NCBI GenBank assembly: GCA_040758355.1 | Contig: JBFLWF010000005.1 | Coordinates: 32,001 to 96,000 of the forward strand | Direction of reading: 5' to 3' | Origin: Nitrospirota bacterium | Lineage (GTDB): Bacteria > Nitrospirota > Thermodesulfovibrionia > Thermodesulfovibrionales > Dissulfurispiraceae | Length of the DNA stretch: 64,000 nt | In this document: positions 26,164 through 35,205 of the stretch, piece after piece | Position numbering within the stretch: the first letter of the stretch is position 1 | Layout of the letters: each line of letters starts with the position of its first letter | Notes under the pieces: model-generated | The model's database searches: none | What the model was told of the DNA's origin: nothing | What the model saw: only the letters and a program-made list of their open reading frames with translations | Translations under genes and position numbers: made by a program

Positions 26164-29004
26164 TCACCTCCCTGCCATATTTATAAGTGCCTCCAGAAGC
26201 TCATCCGCAACGCTTATCATCTTTGCAGCAGCCTCAAAGGACTTTTGATATTTGATGAGGTTAGCAGCCTCTTCATCCAGATTGACTCCCGATGCCTCCT
26301 GCCTTTTCCTCTCCAGTTCTTCAACCATGGTGTTGTGGAATTTCTGGCTTATCTTTGCCGAGCTCGCTTCTACGCTGACATCGGTGACTATCGAACGGTA
26401 GTAATCGCTGGGCGTACTGCCTTTAATAAATCCGCTCAATGAAAGGGAAGCAATTAGTTTTGCATTACTATTGTCGCCGGGTAAAAATGGATACACTTCA
26501 AAATCGCTGGAATCGGTTCCTCCGCCGGATGTAATAATGGAATTAGAGATGAATCCAAAAACGGTTTCCGATGTAGTTGTTGTATGCGCCCAGTCCAAAA
26601 CGATACTATTCGGGTTTCCGCCGTTATTGGTGATAGTATATGCTTTGGTATTGAAATTGTACGTAACAGTATATGCATATGAAGTACTTGCATCAGCACT
26701 TTCCATGGCACTTTTCAATGCAAGCGCAAGCTCGTTCCTTGTATAGGTCCCCTTAGGGAGGGTAACAGTTATATACGAAGTACCTCCGTCTTCACTGAAC
26801 CTGATTGTATTATTTGAGCTGTCTATGACAATCGAGCCGCCTTTGATTTCATTTGTGCCTTCAGCATAACCTCCAACCGGGATAGTGGAATCGGAGTTAG
26901 GTGTAAACCCGAAAAGATCCTCAGCCGTTGTCGAGAGATTTGTCCAGTTTACAATGATCTGATTGGGATTGGGATTCGTACCGTTATTAAGAATCTTATA
27001 CTTGTTGGTTGCGGCATCAAACGCGACGGTATAGTTATAATTTGTGGCTCCGTCAGCCCTTTCAAGTGCCTGCTTAAGTACTTCCGCAAGCCTTACCCTT
27101 GTGTATATCCCTGCGGGTATAGTGGCGGTTACATACGTTGCTCCATTGTCTTCGCTGAACCTGATTGTATTATTTGAGCTGTTAACCTGAATATAGCCGG
27201 CCCCTACCTGAAAATCGCTGGAGTCAGAAGCAGCAGGGGCAATGGAAGAGTTCGCTGCAAAGGCAAATACATCCTCTGCTGTGGTATTCTGATGCGTCCA
27301 GTCAAAGATAATCGTCTGTGGATTCGGTGCACCAGCACCATCTATCTGATTGGTAATTATAAACCTTCTGTTAGTACTGTCATAAGCAACTGTATAATCA
27401 AAACCGCCTCCTGCAGCCTCCATTTGTGTTTCTAATTCTGCTGCAAGGGCGCTCCATGTGTATGTACCCGCTGTAAGGGTTATATTTGTATAGCCTCCTC
27501 CATTGTCTTCGCTAAACCTGATTGTATTGTTGGAGCTGTCTATAACTATGGTATTGAGATATGTCGGTGCTATATCGCCTGCCGCTGCAGCTACCTTATT
27601 GGGGTCTGAAATCGCTACACCCATATTCATAGCAGCATTGGAATAGGGGCGTATAGTGAATGTTTCAAAGGTCGGAGAAGTGGCTAACAAATTAGCCTGG
27701 GTACCGTCTATCTTGACATCGATACCGTAGAACTTAAGAGTCCTTGTGTTTGCAACAGTGGTATCGATATTAATCTTAGCGGTATTAACAGTTGTCCATG
27801 TCTTCCCATCTGTGGACTCCTGAATACGCCAGTAGATATCCACTCCACCGGCTTCTTCCTTTATATATTCATCCTTTTCCGATTGAGACAGCGCATTCCA
27901 CGTGGTCTCGTTTATATAATCTATTTTATACTGCTTTTCAAAATCCACCATATGAAGATTCGATATGGTCACATTGGCATCTGTAACAGACCCGCCGGAT
28001 GTGCTCGAATCCTTTGTCGTAAAAGGCGAGCTTATATTACTGAAGAAATAATTTCCTGTAGAGTTATCGAGCCCGTAGCCGCTCCTGTGGTATTCATTCA
28101 TTGTTAAAGTAAGGTCAAGGGCAAAGGCATTCAGCCTGTTCATAATGGAAGGGGTGTCGGTCTCCCTTAAATCAATATTCGCCTTTAACTCGCCGCTTGT
28201 TATATCATTGGTGATCTCCTTTGTTTCGCCGGGCAGAGTTATATAAAAATGCATGTTGTTTTCTGTATCGGTGGAAACGCTCATATTATAGGTCTCTCCC
28301 CCATCGATAAGGGGTGCCCCGCCTATGAGTATGGAATATCTGCCCACGTTATCCTCAAAGGTGCTGACCTTAACTATTTCATTCAGTCTCTCGATAAGAT
28401 AATCCCTCTGGTCTTTTAGATCCAATGCACCGGGGGATGTAGATATCTTTTCATTCAGATCCGCAATCTTTGCTGCAATGCTGTTTACCTCTGCCACGAG
28501 GCTCTGGCTGCTCTTGTATAACTCCGTACGTTCATCATCCAGTGACGAATACGCCCTGCTTATACGTGAGGTGAGATATTCGGCCTTTTTAATTAACAGC
28601 GTTCTCTGTGCATACCCTTCTGGATTCTGCGATACCTCCTGCCATGCATTGAAGAAATCCGTAATTGCAGGACTTATCCCTGTGTCTGATGCTTCATTAA
28701 AGACATTCTCTATTTTTACGATGCCCTTCTCATAGGCATCCCAGTATGAAAAACTCGATTTTTCCGTCCTTACCTGGAGACTGGCAAAGGTATCATACAT
28801 CCTCTTTATCTCTGTAATCCTGACTCCTCTGCCTGTCATGCCGACAGAGGTTATTGTTCCTGTAGGTATGTTTTCTAAGATAACATCCTGTCTCGTATAA
28901 CCCGGTGTTGAGGCATTGGCAACATTATGTGCCGTGGTATCGAGCGCCCTTCTTGTCGTCAGCAAGGCGGTTTTGCCGATGTCAAACAGGCCGAGTACAG
29001 ACAT
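26164..29004 (-). CDS. flgK: Hook-associated protein 1, long form with three internal repeats
   Basis: HNVANASTPGYTRQ; C-terminal SGVNLDEEAANLIKYQKSF. Confidence 0.93.
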   Translation of the reverse strand: MSVLGLFDIGKTALLTTRRALDTTAHNVANASTPGYTRQDVILENIPTGTITSVGMTGRGVRITEIKRMYDTFASLQVRTEKSSFSYWDAYEKGIVKIENVFNEASDTGISPAITDFFNAWQEVSQNPEGYAQRTLLIKKAEYLTSRISRAYSSLDDERTELYKSSQSLVAEVNSIAAKIADLNEKISTSPGALDLKDQRDYLIERLNEIVKVSTFEDNVGRYSILIGGAPLIDGGETYNMSVSTDTENNMHFYITLPGETKEITNDITSGELKANIDLRETDTPSIMNRLNAFALDLTLTMNEYHRSGYGLDNSTGNYFFSNISSPFTTKDSSTSGGSVTDANVTISNLHMVDFEKQYKIDYINETTWNALSQSEKDEYIKEEAGGVDIYWRIQESTDGKTWTTVNTAKINIDTTVANTRTLKFYGIDVKIDGTQANLLATSPTFETFTIRPYSNAAMNMGVAISDPNKVAAAAGDIAPTYLNTIVIDSSNNTIRFSEDNGGGYTNITLTAGTYTWSALAAELETQMEAAGGGFDYTVAYDSTNRRFIITNQIDGAGAPNPQTIIFDWTHQNTTAEDVFAFAANSSIAPAASDSSDFQVGAGYIQVNSSNNTIRFSEDNGATYVTATIPAGIYTRVRLAEVLKQALERADGATNYNYTVAFDAATNKYKILNNGTNPNPNQIIVNWTNLSTTAEDLFGFTPNSDSTIPVGGYAEGTNEIKGGSIVIDSSNNTIRFSEDGGTSYITVTLPKGTYTRNELALALKSAMESADASTSYAYTVTYNFNTKAYTITNNGGNPNSIVLDWAHTTTTSETVFGFISNSIITSGGGTDSSDFEVYPFLPGDNSNAKLIASLSLSGFIKGSTPSDYYRSIVTDVSVEASSAKISQKFHNTMVEELERKRQEASGVNLDEEAANLIKYQKSFEAAAKMISVADELLEALINMAGR
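26494..27549 (-). repeat. Three ~119-aa tandem modules in FlgK
   Basis: (D/N)SSNNTIRFSED(N/G)G recurs with starts near 27549, 27192 and 26832. Confidence 0.9.
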
Positions 29005-29442
29005 TTATGCCTCCACCGATATCTTCCGGCGTGCGCTTACATCAAAGTTATTCAAAAAATTGTATGAGGTCTTTATATAATAAAGGGACTTCTCAATCAA
29101 TATGCTGTTAAATCTGTTAAGCTCTGATATGCTGTGGATTATGGATGTAAACTTGGAGGCTATGCTTGTCAATCTCTCCCTGTAACTGCTTTCTGCCATC
29201 CCGGCAACCTCGGATATGGTCTTGTTCTTAAAACCGAGGTTATCCAGTATCTTTTCACGGGTCTCGTCGCATACCCTTATCTGGGTTGTTATAGCCTCTT
29301 TGTCGCCCAGTAACAGCTCGAGTGCCCTTGGGTCAAGGCTCGCTATAACGTCTTTCTCTTTTTGCAAAAGCTCAACCAGTTGTGTACAGAGGGAAAGCTC
29401 CTTCTCCAGCACATCAATTAAATCCTCATACAAGTGAGTCAA
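29005..29442 (-). CDS. flgN: Flagellar export chaperone FlgN
   Basis: Helical ~145 aa protein between flgM and flgK; N..N..LI pattern. Confidence 0.8.
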   Translation of the reverse strand: MTHLYEDLIDVLEKELSLCTQLVELLQKEKDVIASLDPRALELLLGDKEAITTQIRVCDETREKILDNLGFKNKTISEVAGMAESSYRERLTSIASKFTSIIHSISELNRFNSILIEKSLYYIKTSYNFLNNFDVSARRKISVEA

Positions 29443-29719
29443 TGATAGCCTCCTTCAAAAGTTTGCCTGCTACCGCCTCGCCTTTGACATCGTAGGTTCC
29501 GGCATTGATAGCGTTTTTAATTTCCTCCACACGGTCTGCCCGTATCTCGGGGAGTTTACTGACCTCCACCTGGAGCCTGCCAATCTCTTTGGCCTTTTCC
29601 GAGACCGTTACCTGATCCTTGGATAAAACCTCCTCGGATCTTTCCCCTCCTTTTTCCTTAGGCCTGTCGGGCTTCTGTAAATTAGGCCCAACGACTTCTA
29701 ACTTATCCGTTATTCTCAT
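29426..29719 (-). CDS. flgM: Anti-sigma28 factor
   Basis: DQVTVS, RADRVEEIKNAINAGTYDV. Confidence 0.92.
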   Translation of the reverse strand: MRITDKLEVVGPNLQKPDRPKEKGGERSEEVLSKDQVTVSEKAKEIGRLQVEVSKLPEIRADRVEEIKNAINAGTYDVKGEAVAGKLLKEAIIDSLV

Positions 29720-29744
29720 CTTCTTATCCTCCTTCTTTTGTTTT

Positions 29745-29775
29745 TATAGGTCTTATAAGTCTTATAAGACCTATA
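29745..29775. repeat. 9-bp-period palindromic array in flgM leader
   Basis: TATAGGTCTTAT-AAGTCTT-ATAAGACCTATA, 12-bp perfect arms. Confidence 0.75.
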
Positions 29776-29780
29776 TCTAT

Positions 29781-29807
29781 ATATCGGAGGATTTAACCAA
29801 AAATTAA
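29781..29807 (-). promoter_or_regulatory. Sigma28 promoter for flgM
   Basis: TTAA-N15-TCCGATAT versus consensus TAAA-N15-GCCGATAA. Confidence 0.6.
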
Positions 29808-30496
29808 CCAATCATGCCCGTTGGATCTACCGGTACCCCTTCTTTCCTTACCTCAAAGTGCAGATGGGGACCTGTGGACCTCCCGGATGAGCCTGACAGT
29901 GCTAAAACTCTATTTTTATCAACAACATCTCCGGTCTTTACGAGATTTAAAGAATTATGGGCATAAAGGCTGGTCAGTCCGTTCTCATGCTCTATAATCA
30001 CGCAATTGCCGTATCCGGATGAAAAACCGCTGAAAACAACCCTACCAGGTGCCGCGGATGGCACGGGGGTACCCTCTGGCATGGCAATATCTATTCCGCT
30101 GTGATGCCTCAGCCTTCCATCAATGGGGTCATGCCTCAAACCGTATCTTGAAGTCACTTTGCCCACCGCAGGAAGTTTCAGCTTTCCGTCAAATGGTAAC
30201 GTGTTTTGGGGTAACGGGTTTTGGGATTTTGTATCCTGAATGCCTGCTGATGGGGTTCTTAAAAAGAAATCACCAACGCCTATGCCCCTTTCGGTAATGG
30301 ACTTGGCAATCTCTGATGTTATATAAGGCATATAGGTCGAAACAGTCCTGTCTTTGCCAAAGGATGTCTGCTCCATCATTATCCTTAAAAACTCGTTCAA
30401 AAAAACGGTTTCTATCTGCTTTGCCATGACCTTTGGGTCTGATGAGTCCTTGATTTGGAACTCAGGATTTGGAGTTATGCCTGCTACTGTCTTCAC
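29804..30496 (-). CDS. FlgJ-like rod-binding domain fused to M23 peptidase
   Basis: AKQIETVFLNEFLRIM...GIGVGD rod-binding-like N-terminus; HSGID, YAH, STGPHLHFEV; immediately after flgI. Confidence 0.8.
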   Translation of the reverse strand: MKTVAGITPNPEFQIKDSSDPKVMAKQIETVFLNEFLRIMMEQTSFGKDRTVSTYMPYITSEIAKSITERGIGVGDFFLRTPSAGIQDTKSQNPLPQNTLPFDGKLKLPAVGKVTSRYGLRHDPIDGRLRHHSGIDIAMPEGTPVPSAAPGRVVFSGFSSGYGNCVIIEHENGLTSLYAHNSLNLVKTGDVVDKNRVLALSGSSGRSTGPHLHFEVRKEGVPVDPTGMIG

Positions 30497-31614
30497 ATTA
30501 TCACCAGTTCTGCCTTAAGACTTCCAGATGTCTTTATTGCTTGCAAAATTGCTACCAGATCCTTTGGCGTTACACCCAGCACGTTGAGCGCCTTGACAAG
30601 TTCGCCAATTGTTGTTCCCTTCACCTCTACCAGCGGCGCCTTTTTCTCTTCTGCCTTCATTTCTACCTTTGGAACAACTACTGTTTCTGCTGTTTTAGGC
30701 GCAAAGGGAGGTGGTTGAACTACTTCATATTCAACCTTAATCTCTATGGTTAATCCTCCGTGGGCAAGGGCAATGGGACTGATGGTTACATTGTCGCCTA
30801 TGACAATTGTGCCTGTCCTTTCATTGATAACAACCCTCGCAGGCACATCCACATCAACATTTATGAGTTCTATTTTTGACATCAAATCCACTACCCTGTT
30901 CGCATAGGCATCGGGTACCTTTATGGAGATGACAGAAGGACCCTCGGCCTTGGCAAAGACCCCTCCAAGACCCATATTTATCCTATCCGCAGTCTTTTTG
31001 GCAGTTGTGATATCCGGAACGGTCAATAAGAGATCAAGCCTGTTTTTGTCGTTTAATTGCACCGGCACCTCTTTCTCCACAATTGCGCCATTCGGAACCG
31101 AACCTGTATTAGGATGGTTCTTAATCGCCTGCGCACCTGCCCCCCCAGCCAGAAATCCGCCGATAGATACAGGGCCCTGTGCAACTGCATAGACATTTCC
31201 ATCAGGACCCTTCAAAGGCGCCATTAAAAGAGTTCCTCCCTGAAGACTCTTTGCATCTCCGATGGACGATACATGCACATCCACCTTTGATCCCGGCTTT
31301 ACCATTGTGGGCAGTTTTGCAGTAACTATTACTGCTGCTATATTCTTTGTCTTTCCCTTTATATCAGCAGCATTGACACTGATCCCCATTCTGGTGAGCA
31401 TGTTGGCAAAAGGCTGGAATATGTATGTTCCGTCCTTATCGCCTGTCCCGTTGAGTCCGACAACAAGACCGTATCCTATAAGCTCATTTTCCCTTATGCC
31501 GGAAAATGCGGCGATGTCCTTTATACGCTCAGCAAATGCCGTAATGCGTAATGCGTGAAGCGTTAAGAGTAAAAATACAATAAATACAAAATTAACGATT
31601 CTCTTTCCTTTCAC
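30493..31614 (-). CDS. flgI: Flagellar P-ring protein
   Basis: ERIKDIA, LIGYGLVVGLNGTGD, SLQGGTLL, NERTGTIV; GTG 31614 follows GGAGG. Confidence 0.95.
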   Translation of the reverse strand: MKGKRIVNFVFIVFLLLTLHALRITAFAERIKDIAAFSGIRENELIGYGLVVGLNGTGDKDGTYIFQPFANMLTRMGISVNAADIKGKTKNIAAVIVTAKLPTMVKPGSKVDVHVSSIGDAKSLQGGTLLMAPLKGPDGNVYAVAQGPVSIGGFLAGGAGAQAIKNHPNTGSVPNGAIVEKEVPVQLNDKNRLDLLLTVPDITTAKKTADRINMGLGGVFAKAEGPSVISIKVPDAYANRVVDLMSKIELINVDVDVPARVVINERTGTIVIGDNVTISPIALAHGGLTIEIKVEYEVVQPPPFAPKTAETVVVPKVEMKAEEKKAPLVEVKGTTIGELVKALNVLGVTPKDLVAILQAIKTSGSLKAELVIM

Positions 31615-31666
31615 TATTTCCTCCAATCAACATATTCTTATTACTCATTACGCATCACCCATTACG
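31540..31666. repeat. Inverted pair of 7-bp arrays straddling the flgI start
   Basis: cgtaatg cgtaatg cgtgaag cgttaag (31540-31567) versus ttattac tcattac gcatcac ccattac g (31638-31666). Confidence 0.75.
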
Positions 31667-31670
31667 ATTT

Positions 31671-32447
31671 TTAAAACGGCCACACCTTATCCAAAAACCT
31701 CACCAGCCAGCCCTGCGATTGCTTGTCGTCCAGAACGCCGTCGCCCACAAGGTATATCTGGGCATCAGCCACATACTGCGATGAAATCGTATTGTTCGGG
31801 GCTATGTCATCGGGTCTGACGATACCCCTCAATACCAGTATCTCCTTTTCATTGTTCACTACGACCTCTTTCCTCGATTCAAGCACCAAATTTGAATTAG
31901 GCAAAACCTCCACAACTTTTGCCGTTACAGTTCCCGCAAGCTTGCCTTCCCTTGTTGTATCGCCTTTTCCTTTGAAGTCGGATTCAGCATTTCCTTTAGC
32001 AGACGGAGAAAACACATTCGTGCCTTTATAAAACCCATTCACCATGGGGAGCTTCTGTATGCCAAAGTCCGTATCCATGCCGAAAAAGTTCTCCAATCCA
32101 TAATCACCAGAAGAATCACGGCTCGCATTAGTTGTTGCCTTTTTGGATGCAGTAGACTTTTCGTTAATCAGTATGGTCACAAGGTCATTTACCCTCTTTG
32201 CCCTTCTGTCTTCGAAAAGGGATGCGCTGTCCTTCCATAGAGAACCTTCAGACGAATAAATTTCTTTCTCCTTTGTCTCCACATACCTTGGCGGCATAGG
32301 CGCATTTTTTATATCTCTGGCATCCTTGAGGCCGGAACAACTAATAAGTAGAGTAGACAGTAGACAGTAGACAGTAAACAGTAAAAAAATTTTTAAACTT
32401 TTCCTTTCTGACTGCTGACTGCTAACTGCTGACTGCAGACTTTTCAT
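31671..32447 (-). CDS. flgH: Flagellar L-ring lipoprotein
   Basis: Lipobox LISC, GSLW, LFEDRRA, GIVRPDDI, GWLVRF. Confidence 0.94.
   Translation of the reverse strand: MKSLQSAVSSQQSERKSLKIFLLFTVYCLLSTLLISCSGLKDARDIKNAPMPPRYVETKEKEIYSSEGSLWKDSASLFEDRRAKRVNDLVTILINEKSTASKKATTNASRDSSGDYGLENFFGMDTDFGIQKLPMVNGFYKGTNVFSPSAKGNAESDFKGKGDTTREGKLAGTVTAKVVEVLPNSNLVLESRKEVVVNNEKEILVLRGIVRPDDIAPNNTISSQYVADAQIYLVGDGVLDDKQSQGWLVRFLDKVWPF
32353..32442. repeat. Two 7-bp arrays encoding the FlgH signal peptide
   Basis: gtagaca x3 gtaaaca (FTVYCLLST) and ctgactg ctgactg ctaactg ctgactg (LQSAVSSQQS). Confidence 0.85.
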
Positions 32448-33166
32448 ATCTTCACCCTCACTGTATTCGGTGATATTAAGACCCCGCTTACCTCTTTTTT
32501 AGAGACATCGCACAATACCTTTGCCACACCACCGACCACGGTGTCATTCCTTAATACCCCATGAGTCGATATAACAACATTGCCCCCTTCCACCACAACA
32601 TCCACCTTTTGTCCTCTTTTAATGCTCAGCTGATTTGTCAGGTGATCGGCCCTTATAATAACTCCCTGTCCAATATTGTTTTTAAGTATCTTTTTTTCAA
32701 CATCATTTCTGCCCAGTACAGCAGCAACAGGCAGTTTTGAGCTTTTTTGCTTTACAGCATAAAAATCATCCGCTGTTAGTACAGTCCCCTTTGTAAGGGG
32801 TCTTGAGGAAATAAAAACATCCACAAGAACATCATAAGACGCTTCAACAATTATATTTTTTCTACTCATTCTCTTATCTCTAAGGCCAACCATAAAATTC
32901 ACTTTATTACGGCCAGCATATCCATTCATCGCAACAGTATTGATTTTATAGCCCTCTAAATTTTCTAAAGCATCCATCCCTTCAAGCACCCTCAATCCAG
33001 TAATTTCTACGTCCTCGGAAATTGCATTTCTTAGTTCCTTCACTATTGCCTGCTTGATATTGCCCATTAAGTCTTGCTGACCGGCAAGTACGATGCCGGC
33101 AAACAGTAAGCAGACCAATGGAGTAATGGAGTATTGGAGTGTTGTTTTAAAATTTCTGACTTTCAT
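32444..33166 (-). CDS. flgA: P-ring formation chaperone
   Basis: SAF-like domain, IKRGQKV, position between flgG and flgH. Confidence 0.85.
   Translation of the reverse strand: MKVRNFKTTLQYSITPLVCLLFAGIVLAGQQDLMGNIKQAIVKELRNAISEDVEITGLRVLEGMDALENLEGYKINTVAMNGYAGRNKVNFMVGLRDKRMSRKNIIVEASYDVLVDVFISSRPLTKGTVLTADDFYAVKQKSSKLPVAAVLGRNDVEKKILKNNIGQGVIIRADHLTNQLSIKRGQKVDVVVEGGNVVISTHGVLRNDTVVGGVAKVLCDVSKKEVSGVLISPNTVRVKI
33116..33144 (-). repeat. 8-bp array in FlgA signal peptide
   Basis: caatggag taatggag tattggag tgttg; encodes TLQYSITPL. Confidence 0.7.
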
Positions 33167-33167
33167 T

Positions 33168-33956
33168 TTATCTCCTCAATGCAGCAGCGGTCTGAAGCAT
33201 CTCATCCGATGCCTGAACAGCCTTTGAATTAAGGTCATACGCCCTCTGAGCGATTATGAGATTTGCCAGCTCTTCCACGACATTAACATTGGACATCTCA
33301 AGGAAGCCCTGATTCAGGTTGCCCCGCCCCTCTGTCCCCGGTGTTCCGGTTGCGGCCTCCCCGGAGGCATCCGTGGAGAGGAACAGGTTTTTGCCAATTG
33401 CCTGAAGTCCGGCGGGATTTATGAATCTTGCTGTCTCGATAGTGCCAATCTCAACAGGCGTGGTACTGCCAGCCTGCAGCACGGTGACGCGTCCATCGGA
33501 GGCTATGGTGATTTTGGTTGTATCTGAAGGGATGGTAATTGCCGGTTCAAGGGGATAGCCGTCTGAAGTCACAATCCTTCCGTCCCTGTCAAGCTTAAAC
33601 GCCCCAGCCCTCGTGTAAGCTATAGTTCCATCAGGCCTCGTAACCTGGAAAAAGCCGTCTCCTTCTATAACGAGGTCAAGGTCGTTGCCGGTATTGATGA
33701 AATCTCCCTGCGTGAAAAGCTTTTGCACAGCAACGGGCTTGACGCCAAGACCGATCTGTATTCCTGTCGGCAACTGGACACCTTCTCCTGATGGCGCACC
33801 CGGGGCCTTTATTGTCTGATAAACCAGATCCTGAAAATCGGCCCTACCCCTCTTATAACCAACAGTATTTACATTTGCAAGGTTATTCGATATAACATCC
33901 ACATTAAGAGATTGTGCATGCATGCCTGTTGCTGCTGTAAAGAGCGACCTGATCAT
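33168..33956 (-). CDS. flgG: Distal rod protein
   Basis: [33 protein letters not shown]. Confidence 0.96.
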   Translation of the reverse strand: MIRSLFTAATGMHAQSLNVDVISNNLANVNTVGYKRGRADFQDLVYQTIKAPGAPSGEGVQLPTGIQIGLGVKPVAVQKLFTQGDFINTGNDLDLVIEGDGFFQVTRPDGTIAYTRAGAFKLDRDGRIVTSDGYPLEPAITIPSDTTKITIASDGRVTVLQAGSTTPVEIGTIETARFINPAGLQAIGKNLFLSTDASGEAATGTPGTEGRGNLNQGFLEMSNVNVVEELANLIIAQRAYDLNSKAVQASDEMLQTAAALRR

Positions 33957-33969
33957 TCCATATACCTCC

Positions 33970-34704
33970 TTATACTTTTGCTATCTCAGAAACAACCCTC
34001 TGCGAAAGGTCATCAAAGTTTTTAATGACCTTCTGGGCTGTTTCGTACTGTCTTAATGCAGTTATTATGCCAACCATCTCCTGTATTGGATTAACATTGG
34101 ACATCTCAAGGCTGCCCTGCAGTATCTCGCCCTTGGAAGCACCCGTTTCATTCCCTGAAAATAATGAATCTCCAACATGCTGTATATTATTCAGATTTAC
34201 GAGCTTAAGTTTGCTTAAGACATTGCCGTTTACATAAATATTCCCGTCAGAAGCTATATTTATATTGGCTATGCTTATATTTTCCCCCTCTATCCTGACA
34301 GGTTTATTTGCAGTATCGAGCACCCTCTGTCCGCTTCCGGTAACCAGGAATCCATCTTTATTCATGCTGAAAGAGCCGTTTCTGGTGTAATAGGTCTTGC
34401 CTTTGCTTTCAACTGCAAAGAAGCCATCTCCCTTTACAGCAAGGTCAAGGGGGTTTCCCGTGGTCCTTATATTTCCCTCCGATGTATCGATATGATACGC
34501 ACCATAATAAGTCATTGCCCTTGCATCTGGATAAATCGAGTCCTGTCTTTGAGAAGTGCCTTCCAGCAATGGATAAAGGCGTGAGGAGAATGAGGTCTTC
34601 TTGTACCCTGCGGTGCTGGCATTCGCCAAATTATTGGCGACACTGTCCAGTTCTTGACTTCTCAGCACCGCCCCTGTCATTGCAATGTATGTGCCTTTGT
34701 ACAT
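33970..34704 (-). CDS. flgF: Proximal rod protein
   Basis: [34 protein letters not shown]; upstream of flgG. Confidence 0.9.
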   Translation of the reverse strand: MYKGTYIAMTGAVLRSQELDSVANNLANASTAGYKKTSFSSRLYPLLEGTSQRQDSIYPDARAMTYYGAYHIDTSEGNIRTTGNPLDLAVKGDGFFAVESKGKTYYTRNGSFSMNKDGFLVTGSGQRVLDTANKPVRIEGENISIANINIASDGNIYVNGNVLSKLKLVNLNNIQHVGDSLFSGNETGASKGEILQGSLEMSNVNPIQEMVGIITALRQYETAQKVIKNFDDLSQRVVSEIAKV

Positions 34705-34741
34705 TCAGCCTTCCCTGTTTTTAGACTTAATTAAGATATTA

Positions 34742-34758
34742 AGCAATATTAATGCCAG
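34742..34758 (-). promoter_or_regulatory. Sigma54 promoter for flgFGAHI
   Basis: CTGGCATTAATATTGCT = GG-N10-GC. Confidence 0.8.
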
Positions 34759-34760
34759 AT

Positions 34761-34869
34761 TAGCTGATAGCTGATGGCTGATAGCTCATAGCGGGAAAAC
34801 TACAACTAAAAGCCCATGAAATATCAATGTGACTTTAACTATGAGCCATGAGCTATGAACTATGAGCTA
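34761..34869. repeat. Inverted pair of 7-bp arrays upstream of the sigma54 promoter
   Basis: tagctga tagctga tggctga tagctca ... ctatgag ccatgag ctatgaa ctatgag. Confidence 0.82.
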
Positions 34870-34872
34870 CTT

Positions 34873-34911
34873 CGGTGGGAAATTTTTTCCTGCGGTAGGA
34901 AAATTATACCT
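34873..34911. promoter_or_regulatory. Candidate tandem enhancer sites for a sigma54 activator
   Basis: CGGTGGGAAATTTTTTCCT and CGGTAGGAAAATTATACCT, 20 bp apart, ~115-150 bp upstream of the -24 element. Confidence 0.45.
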
Positions 34912-35086
34912 CTATATCTATGCCCTCTTTTGTCTCTTCTTTGGTCTTTTTGGGAAGCTCTTTTTCTTCTTTGGTTGTTTTTTTAGCCTGTCTCACGACT
35001 CTTGTTTTAGGAAAGACATGGGCGACCCCTATGCTCCGTATGCCCGAGATCCTGTAAGGTTCTCTTATGCCTTCATCTCTTGCCAT
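34904..35086 (-). CDS. Small basic protein ending in GIDIEV, sigma28-driven
   Basis: 60-aa ORF from ATG 35086 directly after a sigma28 promoter; start uncertain. Confidence 0.6.
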   Translation of the reverse strand: MARDEGIREPYRISGIRSIGVAHVFPKTRVVRQAKKTTKEEKELPKKTKEETKEGIDIEV

Positions 35087-35096
35087 CTTGCCTTTT

Positions 35097-35123
35097 TTAT
35101 CGGGCAAAAAATAAAATTCTTTA
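35097..35123 (-). promoter_or_regulatory. Sigma28 promoter
   Basis: TAAAG-N14-CCCGATAA. Confidence 0.75.
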
Positions 35124-35129
35124 AGAAAC

Positions 35130-35203
35130 AAGTCATTAAGTCAATGAGTAATTGAGTCATTGAGAATTTTTAATAGCTTATTGACTTATTTACTTAATGA
35201 CTT
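35130..35203. repeat. Inverted pair of 8-bp arrays after the HDOD gene
   Basis: aagtcatt aagtcaat gagtaatt gagtcatt ... tattgact tatttact taatgact. Confidence 0.8.
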
Positions 35204-35205
35204 TT

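Noticed and set aside
30195..30225. 15-bp duplication in the FlgJ-M23 linker
   Set aside because: A single in-frame duplication in a linker, consistent with ordinary slippage.
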